The position numbers and the translations under genes were made by a program. The notes beneath the pieces are model-generated. The model ran no database searches. It had not been told where the DNA came from and saw nothing but the letters and a program-made list of their open reading frames with translations. Source: a virus. Taken from it: 64,000 bases of DNA. The stretch covers positions 4,640 to 68,639 of IMG/VR virus record IMGVR_UViG_3300046740_000391; one strand, written 5' to 3'. This document shows, piece by piece, positions 19,924-30,181 of this stretch (position 1 is the stretch's first letter; the number at the start of each line of letters is the position of its first letter).

Positions 19924-22900
19924 ATGACGACGGCCTTCCAGGGCGACGCTTTTCAGGCCAACGCCTTCCAGATCGATGCCAACACCGTCAGCGGCTCGTT
20001 CACCGCCGACGCCATCTTGCGAGTCCCCGGATCGGGCTCATTCACCGTCAACGCGGTCATCGCTGGCCCCCCCACCACCCTCTGGTTCCGGCAGGGCCTC
20101 ACGACGGCTCCTGACCGCTACTGCTCGAATACCAACCGGGCCAACCTCGTCGGGACCAACGTCTCATGGTTCCCACGCAGTCTGCGGACGACTCGCATCG
20201 GTACCGGCGCCGCGACGTCGGCGAGTTCCAGCACGGTGAATGGGCCGACGGCTGGGGTCTTGGTCGTCGATGGATCATCGGGCAACTCCCTCGAATGGGT
20301 CAGCCCGCCCTTGGCGGCCGACGTGACCATTTCGGGGACGATCACCTTCAACCTCTGGGCGCGCGAGTCCAACGCCAGTGCCAACGTCGCCATCAACGCC
20401 CAGATCGAGCGCCTTGATAGCGTAGGCGCCGTTCAGGACTTGGTCGTCAAGACGGCCCAGACCGCCGAACTTGTCACGACCAGCCCGCCGACCACGCCTG
20501 ACAACTTCACCGCCACTCCGACTTCGACCAACTTCAACAAGGGCGACCGGATCAGGATATTGGTGTTCGGGGGTGACTCCACCTCGAACATGGCGAGCGG
20601 TTTCACGTTCAACTTCTTCTTCGACCGTTCGGTGGTTGGGACTAACGGAGAGTCGTTCGTCACTTTCACTGAGACGATCACTTTCCAGACGACGGACCCC
20701 GCCACGACCACCGTCTACTTGACCGACACGGCATCGACCGTGTCCACGGCATCGGTCGATCGAGAGGCATGGACGGCGCGTGGGGCTGGCGTCCAGACGG
20801 ATGTCACCAACACGGCAGCGGGGTGGGTAAGTCCCATTCAGGTTACTGATACTGCCGGTGGCACGGTGGTTGACTGGTTCACGAAGCCGTTGACCGCGTT
20901 CACTCTGTCCAGCGCCGTGCTGCTCAATATCCGGGGCACCATCAACAGCCCCAGCAACGCCTCGTGGCGGTTTGAGATCGCTCGGGTCGCGAACGACGGC
21001 TCCTCGCCTACCGTCTGGGGAGCCAACAGCATCATCAATAGTCCGATCGGGTCGGAGGCCGCCCAGCAGTTCTATATCTCGGGCGACGATCTCGCGATCA
21101 CCGCCGGGCAGCGGCTTCGGCTGCGGGCCTACATCGCGCCCAACCAAGACGTGATGGTCACCGGCAAAATCCTGACGTTGTTCTACGCGGGCACCTCGGG
21201 TGGCGCCTCCGGCGACACCTACTTGATCTTCGGTGAGACGCTGACGGAGAACGCCAATACTGTCAGTGGCTCATTCACCGCCGACGCGATCCTGCGGGTC
21301 CCCGGCGCGGCCTCGTTCACCGCCGACGCGGTTATCGCCGCCGTCACCCCGCCGGTCGTTGGCACCACCGTCGTCATCCGTCTCGGCGGGGTCGATGTCA
21401 CCAGCCACGTCATCTTCGCGGACGCGGAGTTCACGCAACAGGCCAATGGACAGCCCGGCTCGGCTCGGCTGCGCCTCCGTGACCTAGGCCACACGCTCAG
21501 CCCAACTGCAGGCCAGACGCTCACGGTGGATGTGAATGGGCTCCGGGTCTGGGGTGGTTGGGCGCTCCGCGTCTCGCCGGGCTATTTCTTCGCCGTCGAC
21601 GACACATCGAACCCGGCGCAGACCGAGCGCGTTTGGATCCTGGAGGGCGTCGACTACAACATCCTGTTCAGCAAGCGGTTCCTGATCAACCGGCTGAACC
21701 CGACCCAGATGCTGCCGATCTACCCGAAGGACACACCTGATTTCCAGGTCGTGCTCGATGTGGTCCAGCGGTTTCTCGAACTGAACAACGACGGGATCAG
21801 CACCAGCGGCGTGACCCACGTAGGCACGCCGAACCTCGATGGCGACTTCAGCGCCGGGAACCCGGGTGACTCCTGGGGTACCTCGATGAACCTCATCGCA
21901 GGGCCGACGGCGGCGGTGTTCTACATCGACCCGAACAAGGTGTTGCAGTTCGTCGACGTTGAGACTGCCACGGCGCCGTTCGCACTCAGCGACCACCCGG
22001 ACCACACGACGAGCTTCGGCTATCGCGACATGGAGATCACCAACGACGGGACGAAGCTCGTCAACGACATGATGGTCTGGGGCGCGGGGGCCCACTCGAC
22101 GCCGGACACCAGGTTCGTGCGGGTGCAGGACGCAACCTCGATTGCCACGCATGGTCGCTGGCAGCAGGGTGAGTTCACCTCGGCGCTGTTTACCACCTCG
22201 GGCGTCACGCAGCGAGCTGAGAGCTTCGTTTACGGCACCCCGCAGAGCAAGCGTGGTGGCAAGGACGACGCGATCCAGATCAGCTGTGTCACCTATCACC
22301 CTGGCCTGACCGCGGGCCAGATCATCAACTTCTCGTCCACGGTCTTCGGCTATTCGGACACGCTGCCGATCCGACGTCTGGGGATCCGTTTCCCGAACCC
22401 GACCAGCGTGGAGTTCCGAGTGTTCCTGTCCTACGACATCGACGCTCCGTGGAGCGACTACGAGTTCTGGTTCCCCAGGATCAACTTCCAGCCCCCGACG
22501 GGCGGCGGCATCGGCGGCATCGTCTGGCCGCCGATTGTGCTACCGCCTGTGACGGATTGCTCCGACGACGTCTGCGGGATCACCGACACGTTCACCCGCA
22601 CGGTCGCCGAGACCATCCATACGGGGTCGTCTGGCGCTACGGTGGCGGACATCGGGACGAGCGACGCTGGTCGGCACTGGGGTAATCCGACGGGGACATT
22701 GTTCGGTCTTGGCGCTCTCCTCGGTAACGGGAACATCGGCGTCAGCGTCAATGGCAGTTCGCTGCTGGTGCGGGGATGGGCTACCGCGCTCGGTGTGCCG
22801 CCGGGGTCGATGTCGATGGTGATCCCCGACACAGGATCGTTCACGCCCCTTGCCGTAGATCACACGGCGACCAAGTCCGTCACGTTTTCGATGGACTCAT

Positions 22901-24192
22901 TGCCCGGCCACGCTGGCAACAACACGGTCGCCGACATCTACTTCGACGTGGGCGGCGGGGTCCTCAACAACGATCCGTTCATCTGGATCAACGCGATGCC
23001 TACCTCGTATCCGATCGGGACGTTCTTCCAGTCCCAACTCTCCTTCGGACCGACGTCGGCCCCTATCGCACAGACGCTGATCCCGAACTCGTGGTGGCAG
23101 GCCGGGGTGACCTACACCTTCACCGTACGCGACAACGGGACGGACACGATCGCCACGATCTCCGATGGAACGACGACGTATACGTCAACGCACTCCGGGT
23201 TCACCAGCGACAACTTGCCTACGGCTGGCTTGGTGGTGAACTACGAGACCGGCCTCGGCGGAGTGTCTGCCGCCGAACAGGTCATCATGACGTTCGACAA
23301 CTTCAATGTTCCCGAGATCACCCGCTGCTCGCAGAACGAGTTCGACAACTTCAACCGCATCGTCGCGAGCGGCTGGGGGACGGCGACGCCATCGGGAGCT
23401 GTCTGGACGCTGTCGTCGCTGAACGTCAGTACCTCCGTGGGCGGGGCCTACGGCGTGGTGACGATGACCGGGGCAATCGGCGGCGACTTCGCCCGGTTCG
23501 AGACCACGGTTCCGACCGGGATGACCGGCTCATTCGAGGAGGTTGTCGGCTTCTTCGTGAGCCGGGTGTCTTCGGCAGCCGACTCCGATCAGAGTCTCAT
23601 CCTGAACCTCGGCTACGACCAGGAAGTGATCCTCCGGATCGGCAACTCGACCGGCGGCTTCGTCCCGGGCGGCATCGTCGTCGGCTCGACGTACGCGGCC
23701 AAGACCGACTGGACGACGGACCCGTACTTCCTGCGCATGTCGTGGAACGCCGACACGGGCGAGATCAAGGCTCGCGTGTGGTTGCAATCCGATCCCGAAC
23801 CGACCTCGTGGCTCGTTACGGCCATTACGTCACCGGGGTCGCTGGCGAGCGTCAAGGTTGAGGCAGACCCGCTCGCCGTTTCGGACTCGATCTTCTTGGA
23901 CTCCATCGACTTCGACTACGACGGCAAGCCCTGCTATCCAGCTGGTCCGCCTCCTGAGCCTGGTCCTGCTGTGGGCGGCGTCATTTGTCAGCAGTTTGTT
24001 GGCGGGGTTCATCAATACACCGTCAGCCAGGCGTACACACCGGGCACGACGAAGGTCTACGTCGACGGGACCTTCCAGGGGCTGAACGTCGAATACAGCG
24101 AGACCGACCCGACGAACGGGATCATCTACTTCGGAGTGGCCCCGGCGCCGCCTGCGACGGTGACGGTCTGCTTCACGGCCACGGTGGGGTGA
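19924..24192 (+). CDS. Tail tip / hub protein 1 with accessory domains
   Basis: GVDYNILF.KR, FYIDPNKVLQF and VND..VWG hub-like core, paralogous to 24194-26812. Confidence 0.7.
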   Translation: MTTAFQGDAFQANAFQIDANTVSGSFTADAILRVPGSGSFTVNAVIAGPPTTLWFRQGLTTAPDRYCSNTNRANLVGTNVSWFPRSLRTTRIGTGAATSASSSTVNGPTAGVLVVDGSSGNSLEWVSPPLAADVTISGTITFNLWARESNASANVAINAQIERLDSVGAVQDLVVKTAQTAELVTTSPPTTPDNFTATPTSTNFNKGDRIRILVFGGDSTSNMASGFTFNFFFDRSVVGTNGESFVTFTETITFQTTDPATTTVYLTDTASTVSTASVDREAWTARGAGVQTDVTNTAAGWVSPIQVTDTAGGTVVDWFTKPLTAFTLSSAVLLNIRGTINSPSNASWRFEIARVANDGSSPTVWGANSIINSPIGSEAAQQFYISGDDLAITAGQRLRLRAYIAPNQDVMVTGKILTLFYAGTSGGASGDTYLIFGETLTENANTVSGSFTADAILRVPGAASFTADAVIAAVTPPVVGTTVVIRLGGVDVTSHVIFADAEFTQQANGQPGSARLRLRDLGHTLSPTAGQTLTVDVNGLRVWGGWALRVSPGYFFAVDDTSNPAQTERVWILEGVDYNILFSKRFLINRLNPTQMLPIYPKDTPDFQVVLDVVQRFLELNNDGISTSGVTHVGTPNLDGDFSAGNPGDSWGTSMNLIAGPTAAVFYIDPNKVLQFVDVETATAPFALSDHPDHTTSFGYRDMEITNDGTKLVNDMMVWGAGAHSTPDTRFVRVQDATSIATHGRWQQGEFTSALFTTSGVTQRAESFVYGTPQSKRGGKDDAIQISCVTYHPGLTAGQIINFSSTVFGYSDTLPIRRLGIRFPNPTSVEFRVFLSYDIDAPWSDYEFWFPRINFQPPTGGGIGGIVWPPIVLPPVTDCSDDVCGITDTFTRTVAETIHTGSSGATVADIGTSDAGRHWGNPTGTLFGLGALLGNGNIGVSVNGSSLLVRGWATALGVPPGSMSMVIPDTGSFTPLAVDHTATKSVTFSMDSLPGHAGNNTVADIYFDVGGGVLNNDPFIWINAMPTSYPIGTFFQSQLSFGPTSAPIAQTLIPNSWWQAGVTYTFTVRDNGTDTIATISDGTTTYTSTHSGFTSDNLPTAGLVVNYETGLGGVSAAEQVIMTFDNFNVPEITRCSQNEFDNFNRIVASGWGTATPSGAVWTLSSLNVSTSVGGAYGVVTMTGAIGGDFARFETTVPTGMTGSFEEVVGFFVSRVSSAADSDQSLILNLGYDQEVILRIGNSTGGFVPGGIVVGSTYAAKTDWTTDPYFLRMSWNADTGEIKARVWLQSDPEPTSWLVTAITSPGSLASVKVEADPLAVSDSIFLDSIDFDYDGKPCYPAGPPPEPGPAVGGVICQQFVGGVHQYTVSQAYTPGTTKVYVDGTFQGLNVEYSETDPTNGIIYFGVAPAPPATVTVCFTATVG

Positions 24193-24193
24193 T

Positions 24194-26812
24194 ATGGGAT
24201 CCCAGATCATCATCAAGATCGATGGCACCGATATCACCCACCTCGTGTTGTTCGAGTCATGCTCGTTCGACTCGCAGATGGGCGCGTTGCCGGGAACGTT
24301 CGAGTTCACCGTCAAGGACCGCTTCCAGGCGGTCTCGTTCCACACGGGCTCGGAAATCACCCTTGATGTTGATGGCACCCGGCTCTACGGCGGGTTCGTG
24401 ACCCAGGTTTCGGAGAAGTTCGCAATCCCGGCTGACCTCACCGCCGTCCCGGCCAGCGTCCAGACGCGACAGTGGGTGCTCCGCGGTGTCGACTACAACA
24501 TCCTGTTCGACAAGCGGGTCATGCGGAACACCAGCGACTTCACCCACCACCTGGGAACCTATCCGGCCGGGTCTCACATCGGGGATCTGGTCAAGGACCC
24601 GTTGTGTGCCCACTTCCTCGACATCCCCGCCGGGTTCGACACCACGAGCCTTGTGGACGCAGCGGTAATCGACACGCCGGGTACGGCCTCGGCGGCGTGG
24701 ATGGAGCAGGGCACCTTGTGGCGTCAGCAGATGGAGTATTTCGCCCGCTGGGGTGTCGTGTACTACATCAACGCCCAGAAGAAGCTCTACGTCAGGGAGG
24801 TGGAGGACAGCCTGGCGAGGTGGATGTTCTCCGACAAGCCCAACCGCCTGCCGATCCCGGTGGGATACGGCTACACGCCGCAGATCGGCTTCCGAGAGGG
24901 CGAGTTCACCGAAGACGGCACCCTGATCATCAACGACGCGTTCGTTTGGGGTGGCTCGGAGTGGTCGAACGGCATCGTATTCGCCCGTCGCGAGAACGCT
25001 GCGTCGATCGCCGCTGTTGGGCGCTGGGAGACGGCTGAGACCTACTTTGGTCAGCTCAAGAGCCAGGGTCAGGTCAACGCGCGGGCGAACGTGATCGTGG
25101 ACGGCACGGTGTCGGGTACCAGCGGCTCGACCACACGCGGCTACGTCAACCCGCAGAAGATGGCCAAGGTCACCTGGTTCTCTCATATCGTCCCCAGGGA
25201 CCCGAACCTGAGCAACGCACGATCGCATCTGCGCCCGGGCGACATCACCACATTCGTCATGTACACCCTCGGGGCTGACACGGCCCACCCGCTGGTCATG
25301 GATCTGCCGCTGCGGTCGGTGACGATCACGTTCCCGAGTCTGGACACCGATGGGTCTGCCTGGGTCCAGTTCGAGGGCACGTTCGGTCTGCAGCTCTCTG
25401 ATCCCTGGTGGCTGTGGAAGTACCTGCGGGACCGGAACCCCCAGATCCCGGCGGCGCCGATTGCTGTCAGCACGACCCCGAGCGACCCGAACCCGTACGG
25501 CACCACCGGCCAATACAACCTGGTCCCAGCGCCCGATGGGTCGAACAAGGTCTTCTACCTGGAGAACGGACTTGCCTACCTCAACGGCTCGACCGAGATC
25601 TACGTCAACGGTCTCCGGTATTTTCAGCCGAGCAACTACACCGAGTCCGACCCAACCAACGGCCAGATCACGTTCGTCGTTGCCCCGGCGAACACCGACG
25701 TCCTCCGAGCCGTCGCCATCCTGGCTGGCAGTAGCGGCACGCCGCCGACCGGGAGTAGTGGCGGCAGCGATCCGGTCTCGGGCGGGCCGGGGGCATCTGT
25801 CCCGCCGCCGGTGACGCATGAGTACAGCGGAACCGGCTCAGGGTTGCAGGCGTTCCTCAACGGTGTCCCAGATGGCGCCGTGGTTGGTCTGGTCGCGAAC
25901 ACCACATACAACCTGGGCACCAACGGGCAGATCGTGCTCGACACGCGCCGGATCAGCATGAACATGCGCGAGGCCACGATCTTCCGTCCGAACCGTGGCA
26001 ACACGCCGATTATTCAGCTTCAGGCTGGATGCCATGACTTTGCGTGGTACAACGGCACGATCCTGGGCGTGAAGCCGAACGATCACAAATGGGACTCGAC
26101 CTACGAGCACGAGCACGGCATCAGCCTGGGCGGCGTCTACAACTTCGAGTTCAGCAACATCAAGATCCGGAACGTCGGCGGTGACGGGCTGTACATGGGC
26201 GGCAGCACGTTCAGCAACAAGTGGACCTCTGACGGTCGATTCCATTCCGGCTCTGTGACCAACTGCGGGCGAAATCTCTGGTCACTCACGGATGGTGTCG
26301 AACGAGTGGTTGTCGATTACAACAACATCACCGACTCCTGCTACTACGTGGTCGACTTCGAGCCCAACGGATACTTCATCGACGGGCGTCCAGCTGGCGC
26401 CAACAACTGCCGGTTCAGCGACAACGTTCTGACTGGACACGTATACGGTGATCACGTTTCTGACAACTCTCAGACGGCAGGATATGCATTCGCCTGCACC
26501 GGATCCTCGATCTCCGGACCGTACGGTGGCCCAATCCCGTTGAATGGATTTGTCTTCGCTCGCAACACGCTCACGACTGCCCCGATGAAGTGCGGCTCGT
26601 TCAACAACAACATCACCGTGTCGAACATCCAGATCATCAACAACACGTCGGGTGGCGGGTTTGTTGACGACGCGGATTTCGACAACTGCGTCTCACTTTC
26701 GGGCGTGACCAACGTCACCATCACGGGGAACACGCAGCCCATTCTCTCCGGTCACTTCATCAACCTGTCCGGTTGCTCTGGGACCCTCGTCACCTCGCCG
26801 AACACGAACTAG
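24194..26812 (+). CDS. Tail tip / hub protein 2 with C-terminal beta-helix (depolymerase-like)
   Basis: Same hub core; C-terminal GGDGLY, NCGRN and DFEPN motifs. Confidence 0.7.
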   Translation: MGSQIIIKIDGTDITHLVLFESCSFDSQMGALPGTFEFTVKDRFQAVSFHTGSEITLDVDGTRLYGGFVTQVSEKFAIPADLTAVPASVQTRQWVLRGVDYNILFDKRVMRNTSDFTHHLGTYPAGSHIGDLVKDPLCAHFLDIPAGFDTTSLVDAAVIDTPGTASAAWMEQGTLWRQQMEYFARWGVVYYINAQKKLYVREVEDSLARWMFSDKPNRLPIPVGYGYTPQIGFREGEFTEDGTLIINDAFVWGGSEWSNGIVFARRENAASIAAVGRWETAETYFGQLKSQGQVNARANVIVDGTVSGTSGSTTRGYVNPQKMAKVTWFSHIVPRDPNLSNARSHLRPGDITTFVMYTLGADTAHPLVMDLPLRSVTITFPSLDTDGSAWVQFEGTFGLQLSDPWWLWKYLRDRNPQIPAAPIAVSTTPSDPNPYGTTGQYNLVPAPDGSNKVFYLENGLAYLNGSTEIYVNGLRYFQPSNYTESDPTNGQITFVVAPANTDVLRAVAILAGSSGTPPTGSSGGSDPVSGGPGASVPPPVTHEYSGTGSGLQAFLNGVPDGAVVGLVANTTYNLGTNGQIVLDTRRISMNMREATIFRPNRGNTPIIQLQAGCHDFAWYNGTILGVKPNDHKWDSTYEHEHGISLGGVYNFEFSNIKIRNVGGDGLYMGGSTFSNKWTSDGRFHSGSVTNCGRNLWSLTDGVERVVVDYNNITDSCYYVVDFEPNGYFIDGRPAGANNCRFSDNVLTGHVYGDHVSDNSQTAGYAFACTGSSISGPYGGPIPLNGFVFARNTLTTAPMKCGSFNNNITVSNIQIINNTSGGGFVDDADFDNCVSLSGVTNVTITGNTQPILSGHFINLSGCSGTLVTSPNTN

Positions 26813-26821
26813 GGGCGCGTC

Positions 26822-27244
26822 ATGCCCTCCAGCACCTTCGCCATAGATGCTGTTCTTGCCAGCAGGGGGTTCACCGCCGACGCGGTGATCCTGGGCAACC
26901 GGCTGCGTCACGACAGGACGCTGGATCACAACGGCGTCCAGCCCTCCAGTTCGGTGACGCTATCGACGGCCATCGGACCGTATCCGGCCGGGACCACGGT
27001 TGAGGCGGTGCTGATTGACTTCGCTGCTCGACTGACCATTCTGGACTCGGCAAATCGATCGTTCGGTGTGTTCACGGCCAGCGCCCTGATTGCTGCCCAC
27101 TTCTCGGCAGACGCCATCATCAAGGGTGTCCCGACCGGGTCGTTCACCGTCGACGCGATCCTGGGTCGTGCGTTCACTGCCAACGCGGTGATCAAAGACG
27201 GCGGCATCGCCAACAGCCTCACCGCGGATGCGTTCATCGTATGA
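26822..27244 (+). CDS. Small virion protein built largely of FTADA repeats
   Basis: About seven F(T/S/A)xDAxI-type units in 140 aa. Confidence 0.65.
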   Translation: MPSSTFAIDAVLASRGFTADAVILGNRLRHDRTLDHNGVQPSSSVTLSTAIGPYPAGTTVEAVLIDFAARLTILDSANRSFGVFTASALIAAHFSADAIIKGVPTGSFTVDAILGRAFTANAVIKDGGIANSLTADAFIV

Positions 27245-28188
27245 GCCGACCCACGCACGATCGGACCGATCTGCATTACGGAACTGAGGACGATCTCGTT
27301 CAGCTGCTGTCCGCTGCCGTCGGATCGATCTCAGCAGGCTCTAGCTTGCACTCGGCGCTGGAGTACATCCACAACGAGATCTTGTTCTTCGAGAACCCGC
27401 CGCCGCCAGGTCCCGCCAACCAGATCTTCTTCGACGACTTCAACCGAGTCGTGACCCGGGGCCTCGGTGGCCAGTGGTCACTGAACCCATACGATTTCCA
27501 CGGAAGTTTCACTGAGGACATCAAGACGTCGGTCAATGGCTTCAACGTCGTTGTGCCCGCTGCGAACTTCTGGGAGGCGTGGACCGGGTTCCCTCTTCCG
27601 GCCACCGGTGAGCTGTACTTCGATTTCTACGTGCCGTCGTCATGGACGAATCCCAGCGGTCGACCAACGTATGGGATCGCGCTGGATAGGTCGGATTACG
27701 TCGGCTTCTATGCCATTGCGCGACCGGATGGCGTGAGTTTCTGGGTGTACCAGTTCGAGAGCGACACCCCATACGTTCTGACGCCCACCCCATCAACCTG
27801 GTATCGAGTCCATGGTCGGTGGGATGGCTCGTTCGTCAACCTGAATGTCTGGAGACGGATCGATCCAGAGCCAGCTGGCTGGCAATACACCGATACACAG
27901 CGGTTTCTGCCATACAACCCAGCCACTGACGATGCCCCGTTCCTGGATCTCTACTACTTCCCCGCCGTCGATATCGGTGGTGTGGACAACATCCGGATCA
28001 TCACGACCGAGTCTCACTGGGTCGGTTTCGGGGGCTTCCAGGTCAACTCCGTCATCAAGAAGACCGCCTCCGGATCGCTGAGCGCGAACTCGATCCTCAG
28101 AGGCAACATCTCCGGCTCGAAGACCGCTGACGCGGTGATCAAGCGGAACACCACAGGTTCGTTTACCGCCGACGCGGTCATCGCATAG
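27241..28188 (+). CDS. Minor tail protein with DDFNR lectin-like domain and FTADA repeats
   Basis: FFDDFNR; N-terminus resembles the middle of 26822-27244 (HDRT..H.G). Confidence 0.65.
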   Translation: MSRPTHDRTDLHYGTEDDLVQLLSAAVGSISAGSSLHSALEYIHNEILFFENPPPPGPANQIFFDDFNRVVTRGLGGQWSLNPYDFHGSFTEDIKTSVNGFNVVVPAANFWEAWTGFPLPATGELYFDFYVPSSWTNPSGRPTYGIALDRSDYVGFYAIARPDGVSFWVYQFESDTPYVLTPTPSTWYRVHGRWDGSFVNLNVWRRIDPEPAGWQYTDTQRFLPYNPATDDAPFLDLYYFPAVDIGGVDNIRIITTESHWVGFGGFQVNSVIKKTASGSLSANSILRGNISGSKTADAVIKRNTTGSFTADAVIA

Positions 28189-28200
28189 GAGGGTAGGGAA

Positions 28201-29022
28201 ATGACGTATCGACCGAAGTTCGTCAAGCAGTTCAATGATCCAACGACCACCCTCGATTGGTTCAACTGCACGATGGCGTCGGGGGCGATGGGGCTTGACT
28301 TCGACACCCTGGGTCACATCCGGGTGCTCGGTGGTCAGCTGCGGGCGGTGTCCGGAGACTACAAGGGCGGCACGGGCCTCGGTGATCCGGGCCTGACGCG
28401 GGCCTGGGATCACTACCACCAGGTGCTCCATGTTGGGAGCGGTGGCCACTGGGACGACGTGATGCACGCCCTCAAGGCACACCGCGGTGTGATCCTCCAG
28501 GGTCTGTATGGGGCGTTGCCCAAGGCGTACCACAGCCCCCTCAACAGCGGGACCTTCGAAGGCCCGCACGCGGTCTACCTGAACCCGGAGTTCAAGAGCA
28601 CCGAGCTGCTGATGGGGGATCCCCTGAACGACAAGTTCATCTGGGTCCCCCAGATCGCCCTGGAGCGATACGCCAACGCCCTGGGCTCACGCGAATACGG
28701 TGCGTCGCATCCGCAGAAGGTCTTCTACGCGGCATCCGATGCACACGTCCCGGTTGTCCCGCCCGTCACCGACCCGGTGCCGTACAAGCACAAGGTCAAG
28801 GTCACCGCGTCACCGACGCTGAACGTCCGCAGTGGCCCGTCGGCTGGGACTCCGACGGTATCGCCCGACCTGAAGAACGGGACGATCGTGACGACCACGC
28901 AGCTCCGCCGCAGCGGCGGCCGCTACGTGATCAACGGGACAGTTCGCACGGACTGGCTCGGGTTCATTCGTGACGGGAAGACCGTCTGGATCGCTCGTGG
29001 GTACACGGTCCTCGTGTCCTAG
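28201..29022 (+). CDS. Putative endolysin: C39-like Cys peptidase plus SH3b
   Basis: NCTMASGAM (Cys), HAV (His), DPL (Asp); LNVRSGP...W...G.WIA SH3-like end. Confidence 0.72.
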   Translation: MTYRPKFVKQFNDPTTTLDWFNCTMASGAMGLDFDTLGHIRVLGGQLRAVSGDYKGGTGLGDPGLTRAWDHYHQVLHVGSGGHWDDVMHALKAHRGVILQGLYGALPKAYHSPLNSGTFEGPHAVYLNPEFKSTELLMGDPLNDKFIWVPQIALERYANALGSREYGASHPQKVFYAASDAHVPVVPPVTDPVPYKHKVKVTASPTLNVRSGPSAGTPTVSPDLKNGTIVTTTQLRRSGGRYVINGTVRTDWLGFIRDGKTVWIARGYTVLVS

Positions 29023-29041
29023 AGCACGCAGGGAGGTAGAA

Positions 29042-29311
29042 ATGATCCTGGGAAGGCCCGCAAACCTCATCCTCGGCGCGTTCACTGCTGTGTTCAATGT
29101 GATCGTTTTGGGTGCTGCGACCCAGGGCGTTCTGCTTGAGCCTGGTCTGGTGGCGGCGATCAACCTTGCCGCTGCTGCTGTGATCACAGCGATCGCTAAC
29201 CAGCCACCCACCATTGCGGAGGGATCGAACTACACGGTCGTGACGTCGGACGCAACGCCCAACGTCAAGAAGGTGGCGAACCGGACCCCGTCGCCCGCCC
29301 CGAAGCCGTGA
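29042..29311 (+). CDS. Putative holin
   Basis: Two hydrophobic helices; follows the endolysin. Confidence 0.6.
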   Translation: MILGRPANLILGAFTAVFNVIVLGAATQGVLLEPGLVAAINLAAAAVITAIANQPPTIAEGSNYTVVTSDATPNVKKVANRTPSPAPKP

Positions 29312-29496
29312 CATCTGGGGTGCGACCGAAGGCTCGGCGCACAGCTGAGACATTTGGTGGCCCACTGCGCTGTCCGAAGTGTCCCGAGAAGGACTACTAC
29401 GGCTGGTTGTGGCTACCCAACCTGAAGTCGCACCCCTGTCCCAACTGCGGGACCAGACTAATCTCTGTTCCAAAACGTAGAAAAGGAGCTGCTTGA
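29308..29496 (+). CDS. Small zinc-ribbon protein
   Basis: CPKC...CPNCG. Confidence 0.55.
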   Translation: MTSGVRPKARRTAETFGGPLRCPKCPEKDYYGWLWLPNLKSHPCPNCGTRLISVPKRRKGAA

Positions 29497-29517
29497 GGGA
29501 GGCAGGGGGAGCGCGAT

Positions 29518-29739
29518 GTGCCTCGGCAGACTGCAGACCTGATCGCTCTGATCCTGGCCGTCGTTGTGGCAATTGTTGTGATCGCGACGTCGTTCGCCAC
29601 GTTGTTCGTGGTGATCACGCAGCCCACCCAGGATGTGACCCGCGCTGCGAACGCGGTTGGCCGCATCATCAGCGTGATCATCGCGGTGCTCGTCGGATAT
29701 ATGGCAGGGCGACATGAAGGGGGACACGGTGGTGAGTGA
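29518..29739 (+). CDS. Two-TM membrane protein (lysis region)
   Basis: Two hydrophobic helices. Confidence 0.55.
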   Translation: MPRQTADLIALILAVVVAIVVIATSFATLFVVITQPTQDVTRAANAVGRIISVIIAVLVGYMAGRHEGGHGGE

Positions 29740-30181
29740 TCACATTCTTGCCGAGAAACTGGGTGCCTTCATCAAGCTGGAGGCCGAGCGATGGCGGGCC
29801 CACAAGCACGCGCACGAATCGCTTGCCCAGTCGCTCGCCGAATACAAGTCCGCCGCGAACGAATGGCGGAGCACACTCAATGACATCCGCTTGGCCGGTG
29901 TCACCCGTCCCGAGTACATCGCCGAGCACAAGGCACTGGAGGCTCGTGTCACGGCCCTGATGGACCGCATGGAGGCCAACGATCAGGCGGGTGAGGCCAA
30001 GGGTGAGGCGGTACATCGGGCACTGGAGCAGCGCATCAACACAACTGACAATGCGTTGAGCACCGCAGCCACCGAGCGACAGGCGACGTATCGCCTGTTC
30101 GGACAGGCGCGCAACCTCATCCTCGTCATCTTCACCGTGATGGCCGGGATTATCGGTTTGCTGGTGTATTTGCGGGCCTAG
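29732..30181 (+). CDS. Coiled-coil protein with C-terminal membrane anchor
   Basis: Helical heptads and terminal TM segment. Confidence 0.6.
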   Translation: MSDHILAEKLGAFIKLEAERWRAHKHAHESLAQSLAEYKSAANEWRSTLNDIRLAGVTRPEYIAEHKALEARVTALMDRMEANDQAGEAKGEAVHRALEQRINTTDNALSTAATERQATYRLFGQARNLILVIFTVMAGIIGLLVYLRA

